Assembly: GCA_043228905.1 (NCBI GenBank)
Contig: JBHGNT010000014.1
Span: 15,934,001-15,998,000, forward strand
DNA from: Azolla caroliniana
Lineage: Eukaryota > Plantae > Polypodiophyta
DNA: 64,000 nucleotides
Direction of reading: 5' to 3'
Shown here: one piece after another, positions 49,794 through 62,316 of the stretch
Position numbering within the stretch: position 1 is the first letter of the stretch
Layout of the letters: the number at the start of each line of letters is the position of its first letter
The notes under the pieces: generated by a model
Databases searched by the model: none
What the model was told of the DNA's origin: nothing
What the model saw: only the letters and a program-made list of their open reading frames with translations
Translations under genes and position numbers: made by a program

Positions 49794-49914
49794 CATAACA
49801 GCTCGTGCCCGAGACAGTCGAAGCTCTTGCAGAAACCTCTCAAGAGCATCTAGCTTTACTCTACCCTTGATCTCAATCTGCTTTGGCCAATTTTGCAATT
49901 CTATTGCATCACCA
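49794..49914 (-). CDS. BORDER-like protein, coding exon 3
   Basis: 121 bp; WPKQIEIKGRVKLDALERFLQELRLSRARAVM (SPOC signature); phases consistent with neighbouring exons. Confidence 0.9.
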
Positions 49915-52900
49915 CTGATGCAAAATGGAAAGGAACAGAACATTTTATTGAATGAACAAAAAAATAAAATTATATCGCACCAAAATCAGCGTCATAACCA
50001 AAACAAATATAGCAGATTACATCTTTAAGACCTTTCGGACCAATCAAATCAAAGTTCAAACAGTTCAAATTCAGAGTCCATATTGTAAGTTATACATCCT
50101 CGCTTTTATAAGTCCATACTTACATTAGGGTTCATGCTGTGGTCATGCAGATGCAAGTCCATATACACATTTGTAATGTTAGTAGATTAGCATTATTTGA
50201 AAACATAATGTCCAACTATTTTTGTCAAATGTGCTTGGCTGTATCAAGCATAATTTTTCATCGTGATTATATTTTTTGCTCACATGCTGTGGCTAGAGAT
50301 TGCTCACATAATGTATTGATACACTTTTAAACACAGGCATACGTGCACTCTGTTCTGTTAAATTCCTGTAAAAGCCTTTTGACTTCAACTCTCTTTAATT
50401 TAGAAAATTTAGATATCACTGACCACATCCTTGAATGTATGCCAAACACTCTCATTACTATTGCAGAAGTTCTTTTCGCGCTGCATATCTATGCATGCAT
50501 ACATGTATGCAGTATTTATTCGATGCATGTGTGTACACATGTCACACGCATCACTGATATAGATATATATGCATCCATATTGGTTGGTTGTGTTTTTCTT
50601 TACTGATTATCCAAGTTCCCTTTCGACATTTGAAAAATTGGCAACTATGAGAAAATACAGGAATACAGGAATTTAGTAAGTACTTCTGTCTGAATCCTGA
50701 TATTGTTGCCTTCATAAATATTTCACACCAGCCAATGCAGATGTATTTTAGTAAATGAAGGGGGGGCTTCTAATTATCAGAGGCACCTTTTATTTCATTT
50801 ATTAGGAAATATGAATGCATTTTGGCACTATATCAATGTGAGGAACATGAACCCTATTGCAATACAATCATAATGAAAAAAACCTCAAATCAGTTCCAAA
50901 ACTGGAAAGTGTTCCAGGATGTCTTAGGCCATCAGATAGCATGTTCCATAACAGATAAACAGCCACTTTTCACTGTTATTAAAGATTCCATGATCACAGG
51001 CTTTCAATTTATTCTCTTATTTGTAAATGCCTAGGACACTTAGTCTGCCACCAGGTGCAATCCCTATATTTCCCAAAACCTGTAGATCGAAGAAAGCTAC
51101 CACATTTATTTCTGTCCACAAAATCACATAGGAATTCTCCAGTCAGCATAAAGGGCAGGGTATCCCAACAGCACTTTCACAATCTTCTGTTTGCCTGGGT
51201 TGCAAAGCTTTAGTGGTAACTTGCCCCTCCATCTACTGCAACAATAGGTTTGCAACTTTATAGTAGAGCCCATATTGTGGCAGTCTGCTGTTGTGATTCA
51301 CTCTTACTTCACCAAGGATACTGTAATGGAAACCCTAATTGCAATATTCCCACAACAAAATCACTGAGTAACATTACAGTACAGAATTTCTGATGCTAGA
51401 AATAATCACCACAGAGTTCATAGCTTTGAGAAAATTGAAGGTAATGATTTATACACATTGGACATAGTTGCACTAATGGAAATGAGCTGTAAGGAGACAA
51501 ACTTAAGTGCAAAGATTACAGTAATCTAGATTTTTGTATTCAAGGGTGTAAAAGTAGGAGAAGAATGTGGTTACCAATGACCATCATTGAAGGCTATAAA
51601 CAGAAAAGTGGAAATGAACTTCCTATTCAATTTGACTTCAAAGTTTGTCTCAGCATGGCTGTAAACATTACAGCACAGGCAATCAGTAGAAGACTTCTCT
51701 GCAGGAAGTTTTGGAAATCAAATACATATCACCGTGATAGAAAGTAAATATCAAGTCACAAGGTGATACCTGTGGAATGGGAAAAAAAGCCAATTGCAAG
51801 CACAGCTGTTATGTGAAGCAAATCTATTTAGATACACAAGAACACATCATTATTGAAGTTTATGAGCCTCAGAAATAAGGGTTTTCTCTAACGATACAAG
51901 TTTACGTATGCCCCTTATTCAACCTCATGTAAATGTTGGTTTGGGCTTGTAAATAAAATGATTCAGAAAAATCTGACAGCTACTATAAAAATTCGTTTAT
52001 ATGCAGAAGTGCTAGCATTTACAAAACCTGACATGCAGAATGTGCCAGAGTCAAAACAGAAACCAAATCCAGTTTTCAAATTCTAGCATGACTGCAAAAA
52101 AAGCACTCTTAACAATGTCATATTGAATCCTGGCTACAAATCGTGGCGTACATGTACACTATGTATATATGTGTGTGAGAACTTGAACCAACGTAGCAGA
52201 AAAGTTGGTTGGGTATGAAAAACCCAAATCCAGTTTTCAAATTCTAGCATGAGAGCAAGAAAAGCACTCTTAACATTTTCCTATTGAAACCTGGCTACAA
52301 ATTGTGGCATACGTGTACACAACATATACAGGTATATCGTGTATATATGTGTGTGTGTGTGTGTGGTAATTTGAACCAGAGTAAGTAGCAGAGAAGTTGG
52401 GTATGTAGGCATCAAAGCCAAGATTTCTGACTGGCTGTGTTCTTGAATTATACCATGCATTTTTTACATCCAAGTTTCCTTTAGTTCCCCATCTTTGGAA
52501 TTTTTTAACTATTTGTCAAACTGGACAATATCAATGTCAGTCTAATATACTGCAGGGACCCAAAAGGTCTGTTCATCTGATACCAAATCATTGGACTTTT
52601 TAACTGTTTGTCAAAATAGAAGAAATCGATGTGAACTAACATACTGTGAGAGCCTAAAAATCCACACGCATCTGATATCCGAAATTCCCATATACTTCTG
52701 CCTCACATAAAATAGGCATGAAGAAGTTATGGTTCATTAATAACACGCTTCCTTTTGCCACAACCAGCTAAGCTAAGAATGTCTATTAGAAAAGTAATCA
52801 ATAGGTAGCAGTTAACTCAGAAGGAAAATAGCTAATTACTGACAGCACAGAGACTCGGTATCCTCCATCAAAGTCATCAAAAAGGAATCAGCACAAACAA

Positions 52901-53026
52901 AAAAGCAAGCACAAAACTCAGGTCAAACTTGCTCAAATATTGCATGAACAGAGTGATGGTGCCTTACCATGCAGGGTCAGGAAAATCCCACAAATTTCAT
53001 TCTAGTAAAAGGCAACAGAAATTTAC

Positions 53027-53279
53027 CTTTTATAAATGGCAAGGATCGGTGAAATTTCGCAACCTGACAGTTGGAAGCTCCCTTCCCAAAGCGTCTCATT
53101 GAAGTTATGCTCATTTTTTCTTTCCTTCAGAGACATTAACCCATTCTTGGTGACCCCAGACTCTTGAGAACTGTGATTTGGACTCTTAACAATCTTTTGA
53201 GGCGCCCTATCCTTTGAATTGCCAGAAACGATGTCCGAATCAGTATCACCAGAATCCACTGCAGACTCTTTCTTAATAC
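53027..53279 (-). CDS. BORDER-like protein, coding exon 2
   Basis: 253 bp; LWEGSFQLS (SPOC start); AG/GT boundaries, phase 1 in and phase 2 out. Confidence 0.85.
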
Positions 53280-53372
53280 CTAGGCATTCACCAAGGGCAA
53301 TAATCACAGAAAGGTTAATACTCACTTCCCTTTGAAAATCATTTTTTATTTTAGCTCCCCTTTATAAAATAC

Positions 53373-54429
53373 CTGCAAACATCTCAGAATTTAATTCTCT
53401 AATAGCCAATTTTGGTTGTTTCCCTCCATTTACATCAACTGTGGTATTGCCAGTTTCCTGAGTAACAGACGAAGACTCTGGCACATCTGCTGCTTCTTGT
53501 TTAATTGGCAATGCAACTCTCTGCTGTGAGCCAGCAGTAACCACTTCAGTAAGTACATCATCCTTTTCGACTGTCACTTCAAATTCACCCTTATGCGTCT
53601 TTTTCACCAATCTGGGTTGGCCTCCATCTGGCTCAGTAAGCACAATCATATGAGCAAATTCCTCAGCTTTGGCTATCCTCCATTCTGATAACTCTTTCGA
53701 AGCTAGTTGTTCGGCGTTCATGCTACACAAATTCTCAGGGGTTATCTCCCCAGAAAGAACACGTGCCCTGAGTTCTGGGTTAGAACGATCTTTCAAATTG
53801 AAAAGCAAGGAGCGAGCTTTCTCTTTATATTTCCTATTGACTCCGCCAAAATGCCTGTACATCTCTGATTCAACATCAAAGGCAACTCTCTCTGCAAGAT
53901 CAGGTGCTTTCTTGAAACTCTTATCTTCTACTTCTACGCTCTCTACTTCCAACTTCATTTTCTTGGAAGGGTTCTCCTCTACTTCTAATGAATCTGGATT
54001 TTCCTCATTTACAAAGTTGCTTTCATCTTCAATCTTACTCTGACCTTCTTTACTGATCTTCTCCTCATCTAAGGCTACAGAACCTAGAGTTTCCTGTTCC
54101 TTATTTGTCGTTTCTTGCACAATTTCCCTGGGCTGGGAAACTGCATTTGTACGATTTTCTGTTTCTGAAATTAAATTTTGACCCTTATCATCGTCACCTA
54201 CAGTAAGTGTGGAGGAAATAATTCGATCCTTGTCATCAATTAACCGAAGTGCTGCAGCTAAAGAATCCCGTAACTTACACCTTACAGTGTCATCACTCTC
54301 ATTGATCTTGGGGGATGGCAATTGAGCAGTGTCTGCTGCCCTTCTGCTCTGTGTCCGCTTCATGCTCACTTCTGTCTTTGGATATTTCGGATTCAGCATG
54401 GGTCCCTTCATGTACTGGTGATTATCCAT
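53373..54429 (-). CDS. BORDER-like protein, coding exon 1 (TFIIS central domain)
   Basis: ATG at 54429 with an in-frame upstream stop; VRCKLRDSLAAAL, YKEKARSLLFNLKDRSNPELRARVLSGEI, LVKKTHKGEFEV. The five exons sum to 2820 nt (939 aa). Confidence 0.9.
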
Positions 54430-54539
54430 GGGAGGTTGCAGCAAGTGCACATTAAAAAAGCTTGGTGAAAACTAATCTGCATCTTCCCTCTCTTGAATTT
54501 GCTTGTTTCTTTGGTTTCCTTCTTCGTTCACCTGGAGTT

Positions 54540-54725
54540 TTTCAAAGACAACCGTAGGTCAATCTCTTCACTATTAAACATGCTGAAAATTTACAGACAG
54601 AAAGCACATACTGTACATATGCATACATAGAGTTTTTCACAGACAAGCGTAGGTCAATCTCTTCACTATTAAAAATGCTGAAATTTTACAGACAGAAAGC
54701 ACATACCGTACATATGCATACATAC
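54540..54725. repeat. 95-bp tandem duplication covering a predicted 5' UTR splice acceptor
   Basis: cgtaggtcaatctcttcactattaaa at 54553 and 54648. Confidence 0.85.
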
Positions 54726-55502
54726 ACACACACACACACACATATGTAGAGAAAGCGAGAGAATGAGAATGAGGACAATTTCACGCTTTTATTCAATCTT
54801 GCCGCCACAAATCAAAAGCAGTCCTCTGGAAGAAAGGCCTAAGAGCACAAACACACAGGAATACAGGTAAAGAAGAAAGGGAGATACACAAAAACACATA
54901 CGATAATACACTACAGACAAGCTCCACTACAAGAAGAAGAAGAAGAAGAAGAAGAAATAAAAGGGCAGGGAAGATCCCCCTCCACACACACACAAACACA
55001 CACACAAGCACAAGCACACATACTCTCTCTCTCTATGTCTCTCTCTCTCTCTCACACACACATACACCGTGTTATGCTTACCTGTGCTGGCAAGAAAAAA
55101 GATCGGATATGTATGGTGGGTAGGAGCAGTAGACCCTCTCTGTCTTCCTGGCTGCTGATGCTTCTTCTTCTTCTTCTTCTTCTTGGAGGAGGAGGAGGAG
55201 GAGGAGGGGGGAGGGGGAGGAACTGATGATGGGTTATTTCCTGATTTCTTGCTTTCTTAGCGGCGATGGAAATCTGCAGCAGAGCAGAGATGATGGATGG
55301 ATGGACGGATGGATGGGTCGAGGGAGAAGGAGGGAGGAGAAGAGAGGCGGTGGGGGCGGCAGAGTTCATTCAGATTGGGCGGACAAAAGAAAAACGAAAG
55401 AGCAGACAGAGCTTGGCCGCCCAAAGACATTATTATGTATTCCTTATGGACTCTGGGACTCTCTCTGCAAAGAGAGAGAGAGAGAGAGAGAAAGAAAGAG
55501 AG

Positions 55503-55822
55503 AACATTAGAGTTAGTAAGGGAGCTAGGCACTCTCTCGCGTATATGATGTGTTCTGCTCGCAATCCTGTGTGGTCCATGGACTTCCTATGTTGTAATTT
55601 CTTTATGACCTTCGTGACCCTAGAGGTCGTGAAGAGTGTCCCCACAGTAGGTCGGGGTGTGGAAGGCATTGGAATGGGTGGTTGGTTTGGGATGTGGTAA
55701 AGTCTCTCTGTATAAGTGTGCCAAGTTTTGGGATCTTCGATGGGTGTTTGTGGTCTTGGTTCCCGTAATCTCTTCCATGCAGATCTTCGTGAAAAACCCC
55801 TCATCAACAAGACTATCGCTCT
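55503..55822 (-). mobile_element. LINE ORF2 fragment (region just before the RT domain)
   Basis: FTTSRVTKVIKKLQHRKSMDHTGLRAEHI...LAPLLTLMF fits the non-LTR motif T..EV..AI..L...K..G.DG..AEH....L..LFN. Confidence 0.7.
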
Positions 55823-55949
55823 CGAAGAAGAAGAAGAAGAAGAAGAAGAAGTCGAGAGAGTAGCAATAGGCATATACCATCGACAAATTCGAGACCAATA
55901 TCCTCGACACAACAAACACAGAAGGACTTCCTCCGGATCACGCGGCCGT

Positions 55950-56355
55950 TAACAATCGGTAACGGTTCAGTTCGAGAGGGTCAAAACCGAACCGGTTTAG
56001 ACCCGAACCATTTAAAATTTTTGAAACCTGAACCGAACCACGAAACCGTTAAACTATTAAACCGTTACCACCGTGGTTCGGTTTCGGTCTTCAACTTAGG
56101 TCAATTTTTAATTTTTTTAATTTTTTAGATTTATAATATTTCATTATTTTAAAATTTTAAAGATGTTCCTAAAATGTGAGAATAAGTCTAAAAATGAAAA
56201 GATAGTTTTTAAACAAAAAAAATTTAATTTTAAAAATAAAAAACTGTTAAACCGTTTAAACCACGGTTTTTGACTATTGAAACCGAACCGAACCGTTGAA
56301 ACCATTAATTCGTTAAGTTGCGTTTTCGTGGTTCGAGAACCATTGCCGATTGTTA
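55950..56355. mobile_element. hAT-type MITE (406 bp)
   Basis: TIRs taacaatcggtaacggttc / gaaccattgccgattgtta; 8-bp TSD gcggccgt / gcggctgt; AT-rich core with aaccg motifs. Confidence 0.85.
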
Positions 56356-59300
56356 GCGGCTGTGTTTTTTTTTATTCTTCCAAGCAAAGCAGCTTGAGGA
56401 TGGAACAAACATATGGGCAGATCGATTACAACATTTGCACTCCTTTCTTCTATCTTGGGAGTATTGAACCTTCCCTCGTGGCTTTAGGCTTCGGCAAGGA
56501 AATACAATAAAAAAAAGATGAGTTGTCGCAAGCGCCATGCTCATATATCATCCACATGTTGGCAATTTCAGGAAGAAGCAGCGTGGACATAATCTCTAGC
56601 TTTGTCCTAGAAAGAAGATCAAATTGACCCATCCTTCGGTCATCGTTAAAATAGACATTGGAATATTTTGTAGCATTTTAGCGAGAACGTTGATTACCTT
56701 GAGGCTTGCTTTTGACACTTGTAATGAAAACTCTCATGAGTCTGAGAATTTTGTCTCAAAAAAGAAGAAATGACATTCTTTCTCCTATGTGTGTTTGTGT
56801 ATGTATGTTTGTGTGTGTGTTTATGGCCACTGGCCACTGGTCACTCACCATCACGCTTGCCCACCTATGGGGCAGTAATGGCCACCCTAAACCCTACATC
56901 TAGCTTCCTCACCCACACACTCATGCATCTCCATTACCTTTGACATATGTACATATGGATGACCTGATGACAACCACCCCCCCCTCCTCTCATGCATCAA
57001 TCAAGATGGATCCTCAAGAAGTTGTATAGATAGATAGATATATTTTTAACATCCAAGAGACATTGAATGTGTTCTACGAGAGAGAGAGAGAGAGACATAC
57101 TCCTCTTCGTTTGTAGTTGTCTCTACTCGATCGTAGTGTGATTATTGGTAAGTCGTTGCAATAAGGGATCGTTCTCTTTATCCAGGTGTCCCCAACAATT
57201 AACCAATATGCTCAAAAGAATAATGCTTGTGATGGTGTTTTCCAATCATCGTGCCCATATATTCTTATTCATGTATTCCCTTCTGGAGGATCAATTATTT
57301 GTCATACATTTATCGATTACAGTTAAAAATGAACCTCTCTCAAGTATTTATTCATAGGAATAGTGCAATGAGCGGTTCAATATACCTCTTTGTCACAACT
57401 TATAAGGTGAAGGTCACGCCAAGATTTCCTAACAATTTCTCACCAATGGAAACACGTAATGGATTGTTCTAGAATATCTTCTCGTGTTGCCTTATCAATG
57501 ATCAAGCAAAGTCATCTATGACCAAATATATATTTGGAGAGGCTTTCCTAGATTACTAATAGATAAGTCTTATTGTTGTTGTATTCTCCACCCAGTTTTA
57601 GTGGGGTCATTGTGAAATGCACTCTCTAGTTACAAGAATCACCTAAAACAAAAAATGACGACGACACTATCTACGTGTGGCATGGATGTCAACAACTATA
57701 TTTAAATGTTTAACTCTATGTCCTCCACCTCATACAATCAACTAAAACAGTGTATATTGTGGCCAAACATATCACGCTTTATTTTGAAACACATGTAAAT
57801 TCTTAATTCGACTAAGGGTATATGACAAATCATAATTAGTAAAGTTTAAGAGCTAATACCTAAATAATTACAAGTTTGGAGAGATTAAATTAGATGACAT
57901 GGTCTAAAAGTCTCTCTCTTTTGTTGCAACTTATATAGTGGGTGTAGCATAGTGAAGTCCAATGGATTTTGGTTCATCGAGGGTTATCTTATCACTCGTG
58001 CCATGTCATAGTAGTTTGAATTTTTCCAAAAGGTACTTATTTCCTAACAATTCTTAGGCTTTCCTTTAGGGTCTATCTAGTTACTCTCAAATAGACCCTA
58101 GTGAACTTGGCATTTTGCAATATTATACACCTCACCGTGCTCTTGAACAACTTCCAGAAAGTGAATGACCGAATATGTTTTTCTTTGCCAATGTTACACT
58201 ACCATCAGAATTGTCAAGAGAGGTTCAAATGACCAAGGTTGCAAATCCGCATAACAATAATTGATTTTCCTCTGATTTTTCGGATGGCGGACATTTGGCC
58301 ATATATGTTAATGTTGCATGGACTAGATTCGATGTCCACTTTTTGAGACACTTTGATATTCTTGGATAAGATCCTCCTTCCTATGTCATTTGACATATCC
58401 AACCAATGCCAGATCTCTTCCAAAACTTCCCTAATCCACTATCTAATATGAAAGAATGTTGTTAGGAAATTTTGCAAGTAGGTTTGCAAATGAAGTACTT
58501 GTTTGTAAAGAAGTATTATTTACTAGTTTAGTATTACATGTATTGGTTTGATATGCATTCTAACAATTAGGAATTAAAAACATCCCTAAACTTGGGTTGT
58601 GCCATCTAGTCTTCAAGAAGTTTTTTAGTGTGGTCATTGATCCAAGATAATAAGGCATCTTTCTACAATCAATTTTTAAGGGAAAGTCCTTTTAGAATCC
58701 CCCTTTGATTGCATAGGTGGCTCTCCTTTATCAATAAGTCTAGTATCAAATCTTCAAACAACTTGCATTGTTCTTCATATGCTTCATTGAACCCATTCTC
58801 ATTCTCATTCTCATACTCATCAACCTTTGCCCACTCAAGGACGAGAGTGGATTGTAGAGCGAGGATGAAGATGTCAGATGAGTCAATAAGAAATGGGGAA
58901 GAGGTTTAGTGTTGATGACATCATGTTGTTCTCATATATTTTGATGATATGCATCACTTACTTAGTGTATCGGAAACATATCGCCCAATGAACGGGCTAT
59001 CTGCTAATGTGGAAACAAAACAATACAACAAAAACCCTAACTCAATTTTTACATATAGAACTAATACGAATGATGCAAAGCTTCAAAAAACTTGGTGTTA
59101 ATGTCCCATTGACAAATATGTGGAATTCATGTTATGAGTTACGAATCTATAATTCACGTAGGTTGTAATAGTTATTATACATATGTTTGAGAATCAATAA
59201 ATCCAAAGTGATACTTGGAGATGAGAAGTGAGGTTGACGTTATTCAATGCTATGGTGGTCCAACTGATGCTTTATGAAAGTGGAATTGGGGGGTGGCACT

Positions 59301-60363
59301 TATATTCACTTAGTGCATGGAATGAAATAGAGAAAATTCAAAAATTATATGCACGTACACAATTGGGAGTTAATTTCTCGTCATCCTATCAGGCCATGCT
59401 ATAAGAAACAAGTGTGTTGCCCATAAAGGTGTACGCCATGCAAAGAGTAAACACTATGTATATCACAAAAGTCAAGAATATACCTTATCACTGATTACGA
59501 AAACAAGCTTGGAACAAAGGGATGCAAAGTACAAAATAAGTAATAAGAACAAAATTCTCTCAAATGGTTGGGTACAAGATATATTAAAGCTCTTAGGTGA
59601 TGCCTATGAGGTATGTGATCACCAAGGACAAATTACAAGCGGCATCGAGGATCGAATGGCAAGATGCAACAATGTCAAAACTAGAAATATTATGTTTACA
59701 AATGTTAACCCTCTGATGTTGGCATGGAATACACAGTCAACATGGCATGTAACATTCCAACCACATCTTATAACTACCTCCAAGGGCCCCGGGGTGTTGG
59801 AGAGCCCGAGATTGCTTTATCCAAGAAACTCATGCACACAAATGAGGAATCGAGGGAGCATCATGGCGTCATTGCCCAGGAACCGAAGATATGCAAGGGT
59901 ACGAACTGAGAACCTAGTGGAGGAAGAGCAACATCCCTTACATCTCTCGTTGGCATCAACATACATACATACATATGTAAGTGTGCGATTCACACGATTC
60001 GAATTGGCGCTAATTTTTATGATGTTGAGAGTTTCTGGTGTCCGATATGTCGAGATTGGCATATGCTCGGACAACAAAAGAAATTCCCGTTCCATTCCAC
60101 TTAAGAAATTCCCATTCCATTGTCTTATGTCTCTCATTCTCACAAAATAACAAGAATAGTTACTCCGTAAATATTCTTCTTAGACATGTATATGTGTGTG
60201 TGTGTGTAAATCTTCTTCTTCTTCTTCTTCTTCTTATTAGTTCTTCTTCTTCTTCTTCTTATTAGTTCTTCTTCTTCTTCTTCTTCTTCTGTATGTTGAT
60301 TTTCTGTGGAAAAAAGGAAGCAGAGCATATCATTAGCAGGCTGCAGCAGAGCAAGCTCTGTTC

Positions 60364-60463
60364 NNNNNNNNNNNNNNNNNNNNNNNNNNNNNNNNNNNNN
60401 NNNNNNNNNNNNNNNNNNNNNNNNNNNNNNNNNNNNNNNNNNNNNNNNNNNNNNNNNNNNNNN
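60364..60463. other. Assembly gap (100 N)
   Basis: Run of N. Confidence 1.
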
Positions 60464-62316
60464 ACGGAAACTAAAAGCAATCCGAGTGGATAATGGAGGA
60501 GAATACCAAGGACAGTTCGAAGAATACTGTCGAGCGAAGGGAATCCGACTTGAGTACACCGTACCGAAGACGCCAGAGCTCAACGGGTTGGCCGAGAGGA
60601 TGAACCGGACCATCATGGAGAGGGTCCGAAGTATGTTAGCATATGCCAAGCTGTCCAAGACGTTCTGGGCTGAGGCGCTGATGACGGCGGTGTACGTGAT
60701 AAACAGATCACCCTCAATGCCCTTAGACGGAGATATTCCACAAAGGGTGTGGATCGGCAAAGACGTCTCCTACCGACATCTGAGGGTGTTTGACTATCTT
60801 GCCTACGTGCATGTGGCAAAGGACCAAAGGGGAAAACTGGATCTGAAGACGTGGCCATGTATATTTCTCGGATACAGCGATGACGAGTTCGGCTACCGGC
60901 TGTGGGAATTAGCCGACAAGGTCATTCGAAGCCGAGGCATAGTCTTCATGGAGGAGAAGACTATTGCCGACTGGTAGATTTTGACGAAATATTTGACCCA
61001 GTAGTGAAGATAACATCCATTCAAACTGTGCTGAGCATAGCGGCCAATATGGACCTTGAAATCAAACAGCTGGACGTCAAGATGGCATTTCTGCATGGAG
61101 ACCTCGAAGACGAAATCTATATGCAACAACCAAAAGGATTCGTCAAGAAGGGAAGAAGAACCTAGTATTCCAGTTGAAGAAGAGTTTGTATGGACTGAAG
61201 CAGGCTCCCCAGCAGTGGTACCGAAAGTTTGAATCCTTCATGGCCGACCATGGATACCACAAGGCGCAGGCCCACCACTACGTGTTCGTGAGGAAGTTCG
61301 ACGGAGGAGATTTCCTCATACTCCTGTTGTACTTGGACGACATGCTGATTGTCGGACAGAACCATATCAAGATCTGAATGCTGAAGAAGGCCTTGAGCAG
61401 ATCATTCTCAATGAAGGATATGGGTCCAGCAAGATAGATCCTAGGGATGCACATTGTCTGGGACCAGACAAAGAAGTTATTGTGGCTGTCACAAGAGAAG
61501 TATGTGACAAAGGTGCTCCAAAGGTTCAATATGGAAAACGCGAAGCCAGTCAGTTTGACACTGCCGACAAACAGCAAGTTGTCCGGGAGACAAAGCCCAA
61601 AGACGAAGGCGGAAAAGGTTGAGATGATGAAGGTACCCTACGCCTCAGCAGCCAGAAGCCTTATGTATGCGATGGTTTGCACCAGAACAAACATCGGATA
61701 TGCTATCGGAGTCGTCAGCCGATTCATGAGCAATCCAGGCAGAGAGCATTGGACAGCAGTGAAGTGGATACTTCGGTACCTAAGAGGCACCTCGAGCATG
61801 TGCCTTTGATTCGGTTCAGGTAATCCCCTATTAGAAGGTTTTACCGACTCGGACATGTCCATTGATGCAGATACCATCCAATCCACGTCCGGGTATGTAA
61901 TGACTTATGCAGGGGGAGCCGTTTCATGGTAGTCGAGGCTGCAGAAGGCCGTGGCGTTGTCAACCACAGAAGTGGAGTATATGGCCGCAACGGAAGCCGG
62001 CAAGGAGATAATCTGGATGAAGGAGTTAATCGGAGAGTTGGGGATTCGGCAAGAAGAATTCCCACTCTACTGCGACAACCAAAGCGCCATCCACCTTGTG
62101 AAGAATGTCGCCTACCACTCGAGGACCAAGCACATCCAGAGGAGATACCATTGGCTCCAGGAGAGGGTAGAAGAAAAGGAGTTTGCTCTGATGAAGATCC
62201 ACACAACGAAGAACGGATCGGACATGCTGACGACGGTGTTGTCGGCAGAAAAGCTGAACGCATATCGAAGTTGGGTCGTATTGACGAACCATCCCATCCC
62301 AAAGTAAAGGGGGAGT
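60464..62316 (+). mobile_element. Degenerate copia pol fragment, same family as the intact element
   Basis: KLKAIRVDNGGEYQGQFEEYCR through HPIPK* closely parallels 29379-31761; stops, frameshifts, an internal deletion and a PPT at 62306-62315. Confidence 0.93.

Noticed and set aside
57100-59500. Possible decayed DNA-transposon coding sequence
   Set aside because: No diagnostic motif, TIR or TSD could be identified by eye.
59770-59915. Minus-strand FLDKAISGSPTPRGPWR resembling an NPF/PTR transporter motif
   Set aside because: In-frame stops on both sides and no following LCTVTQVE block; probably chance.
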